DNA of 64,000 bases from NCBI GenBank assembly GCA_030141605.1, contig JAQGDQ010002393.1, forward strand, positions 64,246-128,245, given 5' to 3'. A model generated the notes under the pieces. That model made no database searches. It was not told where the DNA came from and saw only the letters and a list, made by a program, of their open reading frames with translations. Source of the stretch: Tubiluchus corallicola (taxonomy: Eukaryota; Animalia; Priapulida). The position numbers were made by a program, and so were the translations under genes. Shown one piece after another: positions 28,818-40,245 of this stretch; position 1 is the stretch's first letter; each line of letters starts with the position of its first letter.

Positions 28818-31262
28818 ATGAAAATACTGAAATTTAGCAATACTATTCTCACTTCTTCTAAGGATATAGTCAAAGTTGTAAATATTGTCAAATATAAAGC
28901 TTCTCAAGAAAATATTATTATAGTGACTTCTGCATTTGATAATATGAAGCAGAATCTTAAAGAGGTGAAACAATTAGTTTCTCGCTCTGACAAAGCATAT
29001 ATAGACAAAATAAAAGAAATAGAGAAACATCTTTATGGAATTGTAGACGAGCTTATACCTATTACTGAGCAAAGTGAAATAAAAGGTCATATCAAAATAC
29101 TTATCAACGAACTTGACGACTTTTGCCAAGGTATATTTCTTGTAAGTGAGGTAACTATAAAAGCTTATCATTATTTACTCTCTTTTGGAGAAACCATCTC
29201 TACTTACTTATTGCATAAAATATTACAACAAAACGATATTGATGTAAAACTTGTAGATGCTAAACAACTGATAGAAACCAATGATAATTTTGGGAAAGTA
29301 AGTATAAATTTTCCTGCCACTACAAGAAAGGTAAAAAAAGTTCTTGATATTAAAAGAAATATTATTCTTTCAGGAAGTATAGCCTCAACTCCTGATAATT
29401 ATACTATAAGACTGGGCAAAGGAGGAGATGAATATACAGCCTCTACCATAGCCAATATTTTAAAAATAGATACGTTAGAAATGTGGTCAAATAAAGAAGG
29501 TATAATGACATCCAACAAAGATTTGGTGCCACACGCCTATCCCATACCTAAACTATCTTACGAAGAAGCACTTGAACTGTTGCATTTTGGGGAGAAAGTA
29601 TTGTACCCTCCATCCATACACTCTATAGTAGGCACAAATACAAAAATAAACATTAGGAACATCAACGAACCAGAAAAAACAGGCACACTTATCATCAAAG
29701 AGGTAGTAAGCACTCCTCAAATAATTAAAGGAATATCCTCTGTAGGTAACATTGCACTCATTACAGTTTCAGGAAGTGGTATGATAGGCATACATGGTAT
29801 TGCTCAACGATTGTTCAATTCGCTTGCTATTAATAAAATAAACGTGATATTTATCACACAAAGTTCTTCTGAGCATACTATTACTATAGGAATCACACAA
29901 CAAAACCTTAAAAAAGCAACCACAGCTATAGAAAACGAGTTTGTTACAGAAATAAAACAAAAGAGAATAGACAAAGTTCTCAAAGAACAATATTTATCAG
30001 TCATTGCACTCGTAGGTGATACAATGAAAGAACATATAGGACTATGTGGACAAATATTCCAAGCACTTGGTAAAAATGGTATCAACATAAGAGGTATAGC
30101 ACAAGGTTCTACCGAAAGAAATATATCCATTGTTATATCAAATAAAGACGAAAAAAAAGCCCTCAACACACTACACGAAAGTCTTTTCTTATCAGAAACC
30201 CGTCAAGCACACTTGTTTCTAATAGGAGTGGGAAATGTAGGGGGAACACTTATTAACCAACTAAAAGAGCAACAACAATACATTAAGGATATACATCATA
30301 TAGAACCCAAAATATCAGCGATAGCCAACAGTAAAAAAATGCTTTTCAATGCAGAAGGAGTTGATTTAGCTAACTGGGAACAGGAGCTGGAGAAAAAAGG
30401 AAAACCAATGGACCTAGATTTTTATACTCGAAAAATGAAAAAACTAAACCTACGCAATAGTATCTTTGTAGATAATACTGCCAGCGAAGAAATAAGCCAA
30501 ATATACTCAAAGGTTCTATCAGAAAGCATATCAATAGCTACGTCCAATAAAATAGCAGCTGCATCTGATTATGAAAACTATGCACATCTTAAACAACTTG
30601 CTAAAGACCATAGTGCACAATACAATTATGAAACCAATGTAGGAGCAGGCTTGCCTATTATCAAAACTATCAACGACTTAATATTATCAGGCGATGAAAT
30701 ATTAAAAATAGAAGCCATCTTGTCAGGCAGCCTCAACTTTATATTTAATACATTCAGTAAAGAAACTTCATTTTACAATGCTGTAAAACAAGCAAGAGAA
30801 GAAGGCTATACTGAACCCGACCCACGTATAGATCTTAGCGGTATAGATGTAATGCGTAAGATATTGATACTTGCTCGAGAAACAGGAGCAACTCTCAACA
30901 TAGAAGAAGTGAAAAACGAACGGTTTTTGCCAAGTGGATGTATTGATACCCAAAGTATAGAAGAGTTTATGCAAGAACTGCAAAAAAATGCTCAACACTT
31001 TGATGAATTAAGATTAGAAGCAGAAAAAGAAAATAAAAAACTAAAATTTGTAGCTCAATACGATGGCAAAGGAGCTAAGGTGGGCTTACAGGCTGTGGGC
31101 GACGACCATCCCTTCTACAATCTTGCAGGAAAGGACAACATAGTGCTACTCACTACAAAACGCTATCAAGACCAACCAATGGTGGTGCAAGGAGCAGGAG
31201 CAGGAGCAGAGGTAACAGCATCTGGAGTATTTACTGATATTATTAGAGCTATAAATGAATAA
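28818..31262 (+). CDS. thrA: Aspartokinase-homoserine dehydrogenase (ThrA architecture) with a degenerate kinase domain
   Basis: AK-ACT-ACT-HSDH layout. HSDH motifs GVGNVG, YETNVGAGLP, EPDP..DLSG.D..RK and GAGAG are intact; AK motifs are altered (KFSNTI for KFGGTS). Confidence 0.9.
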   Translation: MKILKFSNTILTSSKDIVKVVNIVKYKASQENIIIVTSAFDNMKQNLKEVKQLVSRSDKAYIDKIKEIEKHLYGIVDELIPITEQSEIKGHIKILINELDDFCQGIFLVSEVTIKAYHYLLSFGETISTYLLHKILQQNDIDVKLVDAKQLIETNDNFGKVSINFPATTRKVKKVLDIKRNIILSGSIASTPDNYTIRLGKGGDEYTASTIANILKIDTLEMWSNKEGIMTSNKDLVPHAYPIPKLSYEEALELLHFGEKVLYPPSIHSIVGTNTKINIRNINEPEKTGTLIIKEVVSTPQIIKGISSVGNIALITVSGSGMIGIHGIAQRLFNSLAINKINVIFITQSSSEHTITIGITQQNLKKATTAIENEFVTEIKQKRIDKVLKEQYLSVIALVGDTMKEHIGLCGQIFQALGKNGINIRGIAQGSTERNISIVISNKDEKKALNTLHESLFLSETRQAHLFLIGVGNVGGTLINQLKEQQQYIKDIHHIEPKISAIANSKKMLFNAEGVDLANWEQELEKKGKPMDLDFYTRKMKKLNLRNSIFVDNTASEEISQIYSKVLSESISIATSNKIAAASDYENYAHLKQLAKDHSAQYNYETNVGAGLPIIKTINDLILSGDEILKIEAILSGSLNFIFNTFSKETSFYNAVKQAREEGYTEPDPRIDLSGIDVMRKILILARETGATLNIEEVKNERFLPSGCIDTQSIEEFMQELQKNAQHFDELRLEAEKENKKLKFVAQYDGKGAKVGLQAVGDDHPFYNLAGKDNIVLLTTKRYQDQPMVVQGAGAGAEVTASGVFTDIIRAINE

Positions 31263-31300
31263 CCTAATTTACATTCTACACAATAATTTACATTTCAATA

Positions 31301-31459
31301 AAAAAATACAGTGCAATATTTCCCAAAGCATTGCCCAAATGGTTTATCAAATTATTTACCCAAGAGAAAGATACTATATTTGAACCATTTAAGGAGTTGG
31401 GAACGGTCAAATTTGTTGTACAAGAAATGAGTTGAAACACTATTGGAGTTGAAATATAA
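31301..31459 (+). pseudogene. Fragment of an N4/N6 (beta-class) DNA methyltransferase
   Basis: Translates KKYSAIFPKALPKWFIKLFTQEKDTIFEPFKELGTVKFVVQEMS*NTIGVEI*, matching H.A.FP..LP.WFIKLFT..GD.VLDPFMGSGT.......R..IG.EI; internal TGA at 31433-35. Confidence 0.8.
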
Positions 31460-31556
31460 AACCTTTTAAAATAAACTACTTAAAGGATAAAATATAGTAA
31501 AAATGAAAAACTTTGCAACACTACTCAAGCAAATAACCACCTCATCTTAAAAACAT

Positions 31557-32483
31557 ATGAATGAAATAAAAGTTTTTGCACCTGCTACAGTAGCCAACGT
31601 TAGTTGTGGTTTTGATATATTAGGTTTCCCACTACAAGGTGTAGGCGATACAATAGTTGTAAAAAAGACAGAGGAAAAAGGTGTAATAATAACCAATATA
31701 GAAGGTGCGGACAACCTACCCTTAGAAGCAGATAAGAATGTATGTGGTGTGATTGCAAAAAAAATAATAGCTGACCACAATATTGTACAAGGTGTAGAAA
31801 TACAAATAATAAAGGGAGTGAAATCTGGTAGTGGTATGGGGTCGAGTGCTGCCAGTTCATCAGGAATAGCTTATGCTATAAATAAACTTTTTAATATTAA
31901 TTTATCAACAAAGAACTTAGTAAAATACGCAATGTTGGGCGAAAAGCTAGCATCGGGAGTAGCCCACGCCGATAATGTAGCCCCTGCACTGTTTGGAGGC
32001 TTTACACTTGTAAGAAGTTATGCACCCTTAGATATTATAAAAATAAACACTCCATCTGAACTATACGCTACTGTAATACATCCACAAATAGAAGTAAAAA
32101 CAAAAAATGCACGTGAAATACTTAAAAAAGGTATCTTGCTAAAAGACGCTATACAACAATGGGGTAATGTAGCAGGGTTAATAGCTGGCTTACAACAAGA
32201 GGACTATAAACTTATAAGTCGTTCGCTAGAGGATGTAATCATAGAACCTATACGCTCTATACTTATCCCTAAATTTGACATCTTAAAAGAATCCATAAAA
32301 AAAATAGGAGCTTTAGGCTGTGGCATATCAGGCTCAGGCCCTTCTATTTTTGCTCTCTCAAAAGGAGAGAACAAGGCTAAAAAAGTAAAAGAAATAATGA
32401 ATAATATTTATAAAAATTTAGGCATTGATTTTGATATTTACATATCTAAAATCAATTTAGAAGGTTGTAAAGTAATTACTTAA
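31557..32483 (+). CDS. thrB: Homoserine kinase
   Basis: APATVANVSCGFDILG, GSGMGSSAASS, HADNVAP, ISGSGP. Confidence 0.96.
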   Translation: MNEIKVFAPATVANVSCGFDILGFPLQGVGDTIVVKKTEEKGVIITNIEGADNLPLEADKNVCGVIAKKIIADHNIVQGVEIQIIKGVKSGSGMGSSAASSSGIAYAINKLFNINLSTKNLVKYAMLGEKLASGVAHADNVAPALFGGFTLVRSYAPLDIIKINTPSELYATVIHPQIEVKTKNAREILKKGILLKDAIQQWGNVAGLIAGLQQEDYKLISRSLEDVIIEPIRSILIPKFDILKESIKKIGALGCGISGSGPSIFALSKGENKAKKVKEIMNNIYKNLGIDFDIYISKINLEGCKVIT

Positions 32484-32488
32484 AGAAT

Positions 32489-32705
32489 ATGTTAATTGAT
32501 GCGATAAGGAAAGTAGATGCAGAGGATAGTTTCAATGAAATAAGAAATTTATCGCCAAGTATATTTAAAAAACTATTTGATAATGATAAATTTTTGAACA
32601 AATAATTTTAACTATTTTTCCTGAAAAAAAGTTTTAAATATGCTTATTAAATACTTTGAAACAAAAAATAAAAAGAATTATTCTACCATAAGAAGTTATA
32701 AATAA
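32489..32705 (+). pseudogene. Frameshifted 3' fragment resembling an HpyAIV-family type II restriction endonuclease
   Basis: Across two -1 shifts it reads DAEDSFNEIRNLSPSIFKKLFDNDK/IFEQIILTIFPEK/KVLNMLIKYFETKNK..Y. The resemblance is recalled from memory, not searched. Confidence 0.6.
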
Positions 32706-32712
32706 TAGTAAA

Positions 32713-34011
32713 ATGCAATACATAAGCACAAACAAGCAAACAAAAGATACCACGTTTAAAGAAGCCGTAGTGAAAGGCTTAGCAGATGATAAAGGTCTTT
32801 TCTACCCCACACAGCTATACAAACTGTCCCCTACATTTTATGATAGTATTGATAAGCTAAGCTTGCAAGAAATAGCATTCAAAGTAATTCAACAGTTTGT
32901 GGGTAATGACATACCAGAAAAAAACCTAAGGAAAATAATATCGGATACTCTTAATTTTGAAATACCACTTGTAGAGGTAGAAGAAAACATACATGTTTTA
33001 GAACTTTTTCACGGACCTACTCTTGCTTTCAAAGACGTAGGAGCTAGGTTTATGGCTCGCTGTTTGGGTCACTTTCGCGAAGAAGAAAAACCTATCAATG
33101 TGTTAGTTGCCACATCAGGAGACACTGGTAGTGCAGTAGCCAATGGATTTTGGAATATAGAAGGAATCAATGTAGTGGTTCTTTACCCCAGTAAAAAAGT
33201 AAGCGAGATACAAGAAAAACAACTTACCACACTGGACAAGAATATAACGGCTTTGGAGGTAAATGGAACTTTTGACAATTGTCAGAAATTAGTAAAGGAT
33301 GCTTTTGCGGACAAGTCGCTTAATATTGATATGCAACTTACCTCTGCCAATTCTATTAACATTGCACGCTGGTTACCACAGTCGTTTTATTATTTTTATG
33401 CTTATTCTCAGATGAAAAGCATTAATAAGCCCATAGTAGTTTCTGTTCCTAGCGGAAACTATGGCAATCTTGCAGCAGGGTTACTGGCAAAACAATTGGG
33501 GTTGCCCATTCAGAAGTTTATAGCAGCTTCCAATATTAATGATATTGTGCCAGAATATTTAAAAACAAAAACATATACACCACGTCCTTCGCAGCAAACT
33601 ATTTCTAATGCTATGGATGTAGGAGACCCAAGTAATTATGCTCGTATTATGGAGATGTATGAACAGTCGTGGGAAAAATTGATAAAAGACCTTACAGGGT
33701 ATAGTTTCACTGATAATGACACAAAAGAAGCCATCAAAAAGGTGTATGAAAAGCAAAAGTACTTATTAGACCCACACGGGGCAGTAGGCTATCTTGCTTT
33801 AAAAGAGTTTTTGAAAGAGAATAAAAACTATACTGGTATTTTCTTAGAAACGGCACATCCTGCTAAGTTTTTAGATGTAGTAGAACCTACTATTGGCGAA
33901 GAAATAGAGATTCCAAAACGCTTACAAGCCTCTTTAAAAAAGGATAAGCAGGCTATACAGATAGATAACAATTTGGATGATTTGAAAAAGGTTTTGTATG
34001 ATATTGTATAA
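32713..34011 (+). CDS. thrC: Threonine synthase
   Basis: ELFHGPTLAFKD (PLP Lys), ATSGDTG, NSINIAR, VPSGNYGN, ETAHPAKF. Confidence 0.96.
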   Translation: MQYISTNKQTKDTTFKEAVVKGLADDKGLFYPTQLYKLSPTFYDSIDKLSLQEIAFKVIQQFVGNDIPEKNLRKIISDTLNFEIPLVEVEENIHVLELFHGPTLAFKDVGARFMARCLGHFREEEKPINVLVATSGDTGSAVANGFWNIEGINVVVLYPSKKVSEIQEKQLTTLDKNITALEVNGTFDNCQKLVKDAFADKSLNIDMQLTSANSINIARWLPQSFYYFYAYSQMKSINKPIVVSVPSGNYGNLAAGLLAKQLGLPIQKFIAASNINDIVPEYLKTKTYTPRPSQQTISNAMDVGDPSNYARIMEMYEQSWEKLIKDLTGYSFTDNDTKEAIKKVYEKQKYLLDPHGAVGYLALKEFLKENKNYTGIFLETAHPAKFLDVVEPTIGEEIEIPKRLQASLKKDKQAIQIDNNLDDLKKVLYDIV

Positions 34012-34070
34012 TCAATTAGGCAATTAGTATATTACTTGTTTTATTCCCTTAACTGATTTTATATATTTTT

Positions 34071-36050
<1,980 letters not shown>

Positions 36051-36284
36051 TTACTTCTATATATTGCAAAAATAACAAAAAAACACACCCTAAACATCAA
36101 ATTTATTAACAAGTCAGAATAACAATTTTTGTTATTTCTTCTAACTTTTCAAATAGTCAGAAAAATCAAGTCTTTTCGCACTAAAAATCAAAGTTTTATT
36201 TTTTAATTATTTTTATTTTCTACTTTTTTTATTCATAAATAGAAAATAAAACGGACTTGTGAACGGACTACTTTTTAATAAAGC

Positions 36285-36524
36285 CTATGATATGATAAGT
36301 ACTGTATCTTTTCTCAAAAATAAAGAAAAAAACACTAACAAAAAAATAAATTCTAAAAGTTTTTCAGGTATTTTTTTTACTGCTCCATTTAGAACTTTGC
36401 TAAAATTAGAGCTATCAACACCCATTTTTAAAAAAGTTGTCTTTGAGATGCGAAAAAACTATGGCTTTTCAAGATGTCTTAATACATATTTAAGTCTTTG
36501 ACCCAATGTTTGTAAATTTTTCAT
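36285..36524 (-). pseudogene. Decayed XRE/Cro-CI type helix-turn-helix repressor
   Basis: From ATG 36524: MKNLQTLGQRLKYVLRHLEKP*...KMGVDSSNFSKVLNGAVKKIPEKLLEFI. An adjacent frame supplies FASQRQLF (HTH helix 2); TAG at 36459-61. Confidence 0.6.
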
Positions 36525-36663
36525 ATTATTCTAAATTTTAAAAATAGAAGAAAAATAGTAAAATTATTTAAAACTGTTTCATCCTTATAATAAATTAGTT
36601 ATGTTTATTTCAAGAAAATAAGCATAAAAAAATAAAGTAATTATGTAGTAAAATATTTTTTTG

Positions 36664-36729
36664 TACTATACATTTGTTTTTTCACTAAAATCAGTTACTA
36701 TACATTTTTTTACAAAAAAAGTATAGTAA
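36664..36729. repeat. Operator-like direct and inverted repeats (TACTATAC core)
   Basis: TACTATACATTT at 36664-75 and 36696-707; TTACTATAC (36695-703) is inverted to GTATAGTAA (36721-29); the first copy contains the -7 box TACATTTG. Confidence 0.75.
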
Positions 36730-36997
36730 TCGCATCGTAAAAATATGAAAATACACCCAAGCAGAAATATATCTTAGATTGGGAACGGAGGAAACAGCTA
36801 AAAAAGCAAAAAAATAGAGTTTTTCAACTAAAAAGTTCTTTAATCAAACTGTTATATTATGAACATAAATTTTTCGTTAAAAAGCAACAAAAATAAAAAC
36901 AATATAAACATAATAACATACGTTATACATCAAAAACAACAATGACACAACAATCATTGTTATTATTTTCGTATTGAAAAACCTAAAAAATCAGGGA

Positions 36998-37870
36998 ATG
37001 AATCTATACATAGTAATAGCAGTGTTCAACAGAAAGGAATACACACTTAACTGTTTACAACAACTACAACATCAAACCTATAAAGATTTCAAAGTAGTTC
37101 TTGTTGATGACGGTTCAACTGACAACACAGCCAGAGAGGTAAGAAAACACTATCCCAACACTACTATTATCAATGGTACTGGCAATTGGTGGTGGACAAA
37201 ATCAATGAACGAAGGTATAAAGTATGCTCTCAAACAACAAGCTTCACATATGTTGTTTATGAATAATGACAATGATTTTGATAATAACTACCTGCAAACC
37301 CTTGTAACTCTTTCTCAACAAAATCCTAATGCTATTATAGGTTCATTAGACATAACACAAACCAACAATCCTCAAATATTTTTCTCAGGCATCAAAAAGA
37401 TGATATGGTGGAAAGCTAAGTCTATTAAATATCATAAAAACTACGAGTATTATATGGGTAATCTTAGAGGGCTACATCACTCTGAAGTTCTCAATGGTAG
37501 AGGCACCATAGTCCCTGCCAAAGTGTTTGACAAGGTTGGTCTGCTGGATGAAAAAAATCTACCTCAATACGCCTCTGATTTTGACTTTGTGCTAATGGCA
37601 AAGAGAAAAGGCTTTAAAACATTTATTAGTTGGGACGCTGTATTATATTCCTATGTGGAAACTACTGGCGAAGGGAAACCTTACATTAAGCAATCACTCT
37701 CAAAATTTCTTAAAACATTCTTGCAAAAATACACACAAACCAGTCTCTCAACTAGTCTCAACTATTACAAAAAACACTGTAAATGGTATCAGCTTCCAAC
37801 GGCTTTTACCATAGACAAAATGCGACTATTGTACTCCTACTACAAACGCCAAAACACCTTTGTAAATTAA
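36998..37870 (+). CDS. GT2 glycosyltransferase (rhamnosyltransferase/WbbL-like)
   Basis: VDDGSTD, GNWWWT, NND, SDFDF; ATG 36998 preferred over TTG 36974. Confidence 0.85.
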   Translation: MNLYIVIAVFNRKEYTLNCLQQLQHQTYKDFKVVLVDDGSTDNTAREVRKHYPNTTIINGTGNWWWTKSMNEGIKYALKQQASHMLFMNNDNDFDNNYLQTLVTLSQQNPNAIIGSLDITQTNNPQIFFSGIKKMIWWKAKSIKYHKNYEYYMGNLRGLHHSEVLNGRGTIVPAKVFDKVGLLDEKNLPQYASDFDFVLMAKRKGFKTFISWDAVLYSYVETTGEGKPYIKQSLSKFLKTFLQKYTQTSLSTSLNYYKKHCKWYQLPTAFTIDKMRLLYSYYKRQNTFVN

Positions 37871-37874
37871 TAAT

Positions 37875-38855
37875 ATGATAGCTTTCATCGTTATAGGAAA
37901 AAATGAGGAACGAAATCTTCCACAATGTTTTAAAAGCATACAAAACACCATTGAACAAAACAAAATACCTCGTTATGAAATTATTTACGTTGATTCTGCC
38001 TCTACCGACAATAGTATAGCTATAGCCCAGCGATGGGGCAACATAAAAATCATAGCACTTGAAGGAAAATGCAATGCTGCCATAGGTAGAAATACGGGAG
38101 CAGCAAACACTAAAGCAGATGTTCTCTATTTCATAGATGGGGATATGGAACTTAACCCTGATTTTATTCCGCACGTGTTTACTTTCGACTTTCAATTGAA
38201 ATACCCCTTTATATCTGGACAGTTAGATTACCTCTATTACAACTCACAAGGTAAATTTCTCAAAAAAGCACCATACCATACTTGTGTTCTTAATGGCGAT
38301 AAGTATCAGTCTACCACAGGTGGTTTATTTATTATCGCACGCGAATTGTGGGAGAAAAATAAAGGGATGGATATACGACTGCGTACTGGAGAAGATCTTG
38401 ATATAGGGCTGCGTCTTAGACAGCAAAAAACTTTACTATTACGCAAACAACAAACAATGGCAGTTCACCACACCCAAGATTACAAGGATCACCAAAGATT
38501 ATGGGCGGATTTGTGGAAAGGGAACACTTTATATAGCCGAGGACTACTCTACCGTAAGCACTTACTAAGAGCCAACCTACATATCCTACCACGTATATTA
38601 AAAAGCGACCCCACTACTCCTTTACTTTTCATTGCCTTTTTATCAACTTTTACTTTCTACTCCACATACGTCATCCTCACTTATTTCACTGCACTTATTT
38701 TGGCATTACTTTTCTTTCAAAAATATGATAGATGGTATCAGTTTTTTGAACGTATACCCTATTACGTGCTTAGAGATTTTCTCAATTTATATGCCTTTTT
38801 TTTCTTTTATCCCAGCAAAAAAATAAAATATTGTAGCAGATATGTTACAAAATAA
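37875..38855 (+). CDS. GT2 glycosyltransferase with C-terminal TM helices
   Basis: IGKNEE, VDSASTD, FIDGD, GEDLD. Confidence 0.85.
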   Translation: MIAFIVIGKNEERNLPQCFKSIQNTIEQNKIPRYEIIYVDSASTDNSIAIAQRWGNIKIIALEGKCNAAIGRNTGAANTKADVLYFIDGDMELNPDFIPHVFTFDFQLKYPFISGQLDYLYYNSQGKFLKKAPYHTCVLNGDKYQSTTGGLFIIARELWEKNKGMDIRLRTGEDLDIGLRLRQQKTLLLRKQQTMAVHHTQDYKDHQRLWADLWKGNTLYSRGLLYRKHLLRANLHILPRILKSDPTTPLLFIAFLSTFTFYSTYVILTYFTALILALLFFQKYDRWYQFFERIPYYVLRDFLNLYAFFFFYPSKKIKYCSRYVTK

Positions 38856-38940
38856 TTTGAGCAATTGTGTACTCTTACATTCATTTTGAAACTAAAATGA
38901 AGGCACTAAGGTTAATAGCATATTGCTGTTCAGAGTAAAA

Positions 38941-40194
38941 CTAAGGTGTTATTGGTTTGTTCATCATATTATAATTATTGTTCAATTGTGCAGCTGCATC
39001 TATGGTGAAAACTCCATTGGTTACAATTTCTTCTCCTATGGCAAGCCCACTATTTATAATGTAAGAGTTGCCAAGTGTTTCGCCTAACTCTACTTCTCTT
39101 ATTTCAAAAGTAGGCATTTTCTTATCAGGTATCTTTATATAGACTATTGAGCGTTTTCCTGTCCAAAGAAGAGCTGTTTTAGGGATAATAATGTATCTAT
39201 CTTTGTGAGATAGATTTGAAGTTAATTTTCCATTAACAAACATTTCTGGCTTTAATAAATTATTAGGATTGTGTATATCTATTCTTACTGATGTAGTTCT
39301 TTTTTGACTGTCAATAGTAGGGTCAATGAAACTTACTTTTCCCACAAATTTTTTGGAAGGTGCAGCACTTGCTGTAAATTCTATTTTGTCGCCTAATTTT
39401 ATAAATGGTAGGTCTTTTTCATATGCGTCAAAAACTACCCACAGTTGCTCCAAATTGGTAATATGAAAAAGTATATCCCCAACATTTACATAGTCGCCTA
39501 CATTGACCATTTTATGAGTAACGACTCCTGATGCATCTGCCACTATCTCAAAGCTTTCTTGTATTTCTTTTGTTTGCATTATTGTATTGATTTGTGCTTC
39601 CGTTAGTTTCCATTGTTTGAGTTTGTTTATTACTGTTTGGAATATTTCGGGATAAGTATCTTTATTTTCTAAGGCTTCAATCAATTCTTGTTGTGCTACT
39701 ATAAGATTAGGGCTATATATATAGGCAAGTTTTTGTCCTTGTTTTACTTTTTCTCCTTCAAAAGATATGAACAGTTTATCTATTCTCCCTGCAAAGTGTA
39801 TGGCTTGAGTATATATCTGTCTTTCATCTACTTCTATTTTGCCTTGTAGGTATATCTCTTTTTGGGCTTTGGAGTATTGTAGGGTAGTAGTTTGTATGTT
39901 GGCAAGTTGTATCGCTTCTTTATCTAACTCTATTTGAGAAGGGTTTTTCGTTCTTTTAGGAGTTTTTAAGGGTATTAAGTTCATTCCACATATGGGACAC
40001 TTGCCCTTTTCTGGTAGTTTTATACTGGGGTGCATTGAGCAAGTCCACCATTGGGTGCTTTCTTCGTGTTGATGATGTGCAGGCGTAGTTGCGACCTGTT
40101 GCTTGCCTCCAAAGATAAACCACCCAAGAAAGATACCTACAATGAGGATTAGGATGTAGGTAATTGCTTTGTTTTTTTTTATTATCTTTTTCAT
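38941..40194 (-). CDS. CusB-like RND periplasmic adaptor with heavy-metal-binding domain
   Basis: His patch, WTCSMHP..CPICGM, YSPNL..AQQE, LKPEMF. Confidence 0.9.
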   Translation of the reverse strand: MKKIIKKNKAITYILILIVGIFLGWFIFGGKQQVATTPAHHQHEESTQWWTCSMHPSIKLPEKGKCPICGMNLIPLKTPKRTKNPSQIELDKEAIQLANIQTTTLQYSKAQKEIYLQGKIEVDERQIYTQAIHFAGRIDKLFISFEGEKVKQGQKLAYIYSPNLIVAQQELIEALENKDTYPEIFQTVINKLKQWKLTEAQINTIMQTKEIQESFEIVADASGVVTHKMVNVGDYVNVGDILFHITNLEQLWVVFDAYEKDLPFIKLGDKIEFTASAAPSKKFVGKVSFIDPTIDSQKRTTSVRIDIHNPNNLLKPEMFVNGKLTSNLSHKDRYIIIPKTALLWTGKRSIVYIKIPDKKMPTFEIREVELGETLGNSYIINSGLAIGEEIVTNGVFTIDAAAQLNNNYNMMNKPITP

Positions 40195-40245
40195 ATCTAA
40201 ATGTATTTTATGTTTTATGTTCTTTGTGTTGCTACGTTATATTTT

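Noticed and set aside
36259-36501. 80 aa plus-strand ORF
   Set aside because: No motifs; it is antisense to the HTH relic, which explains the region better.
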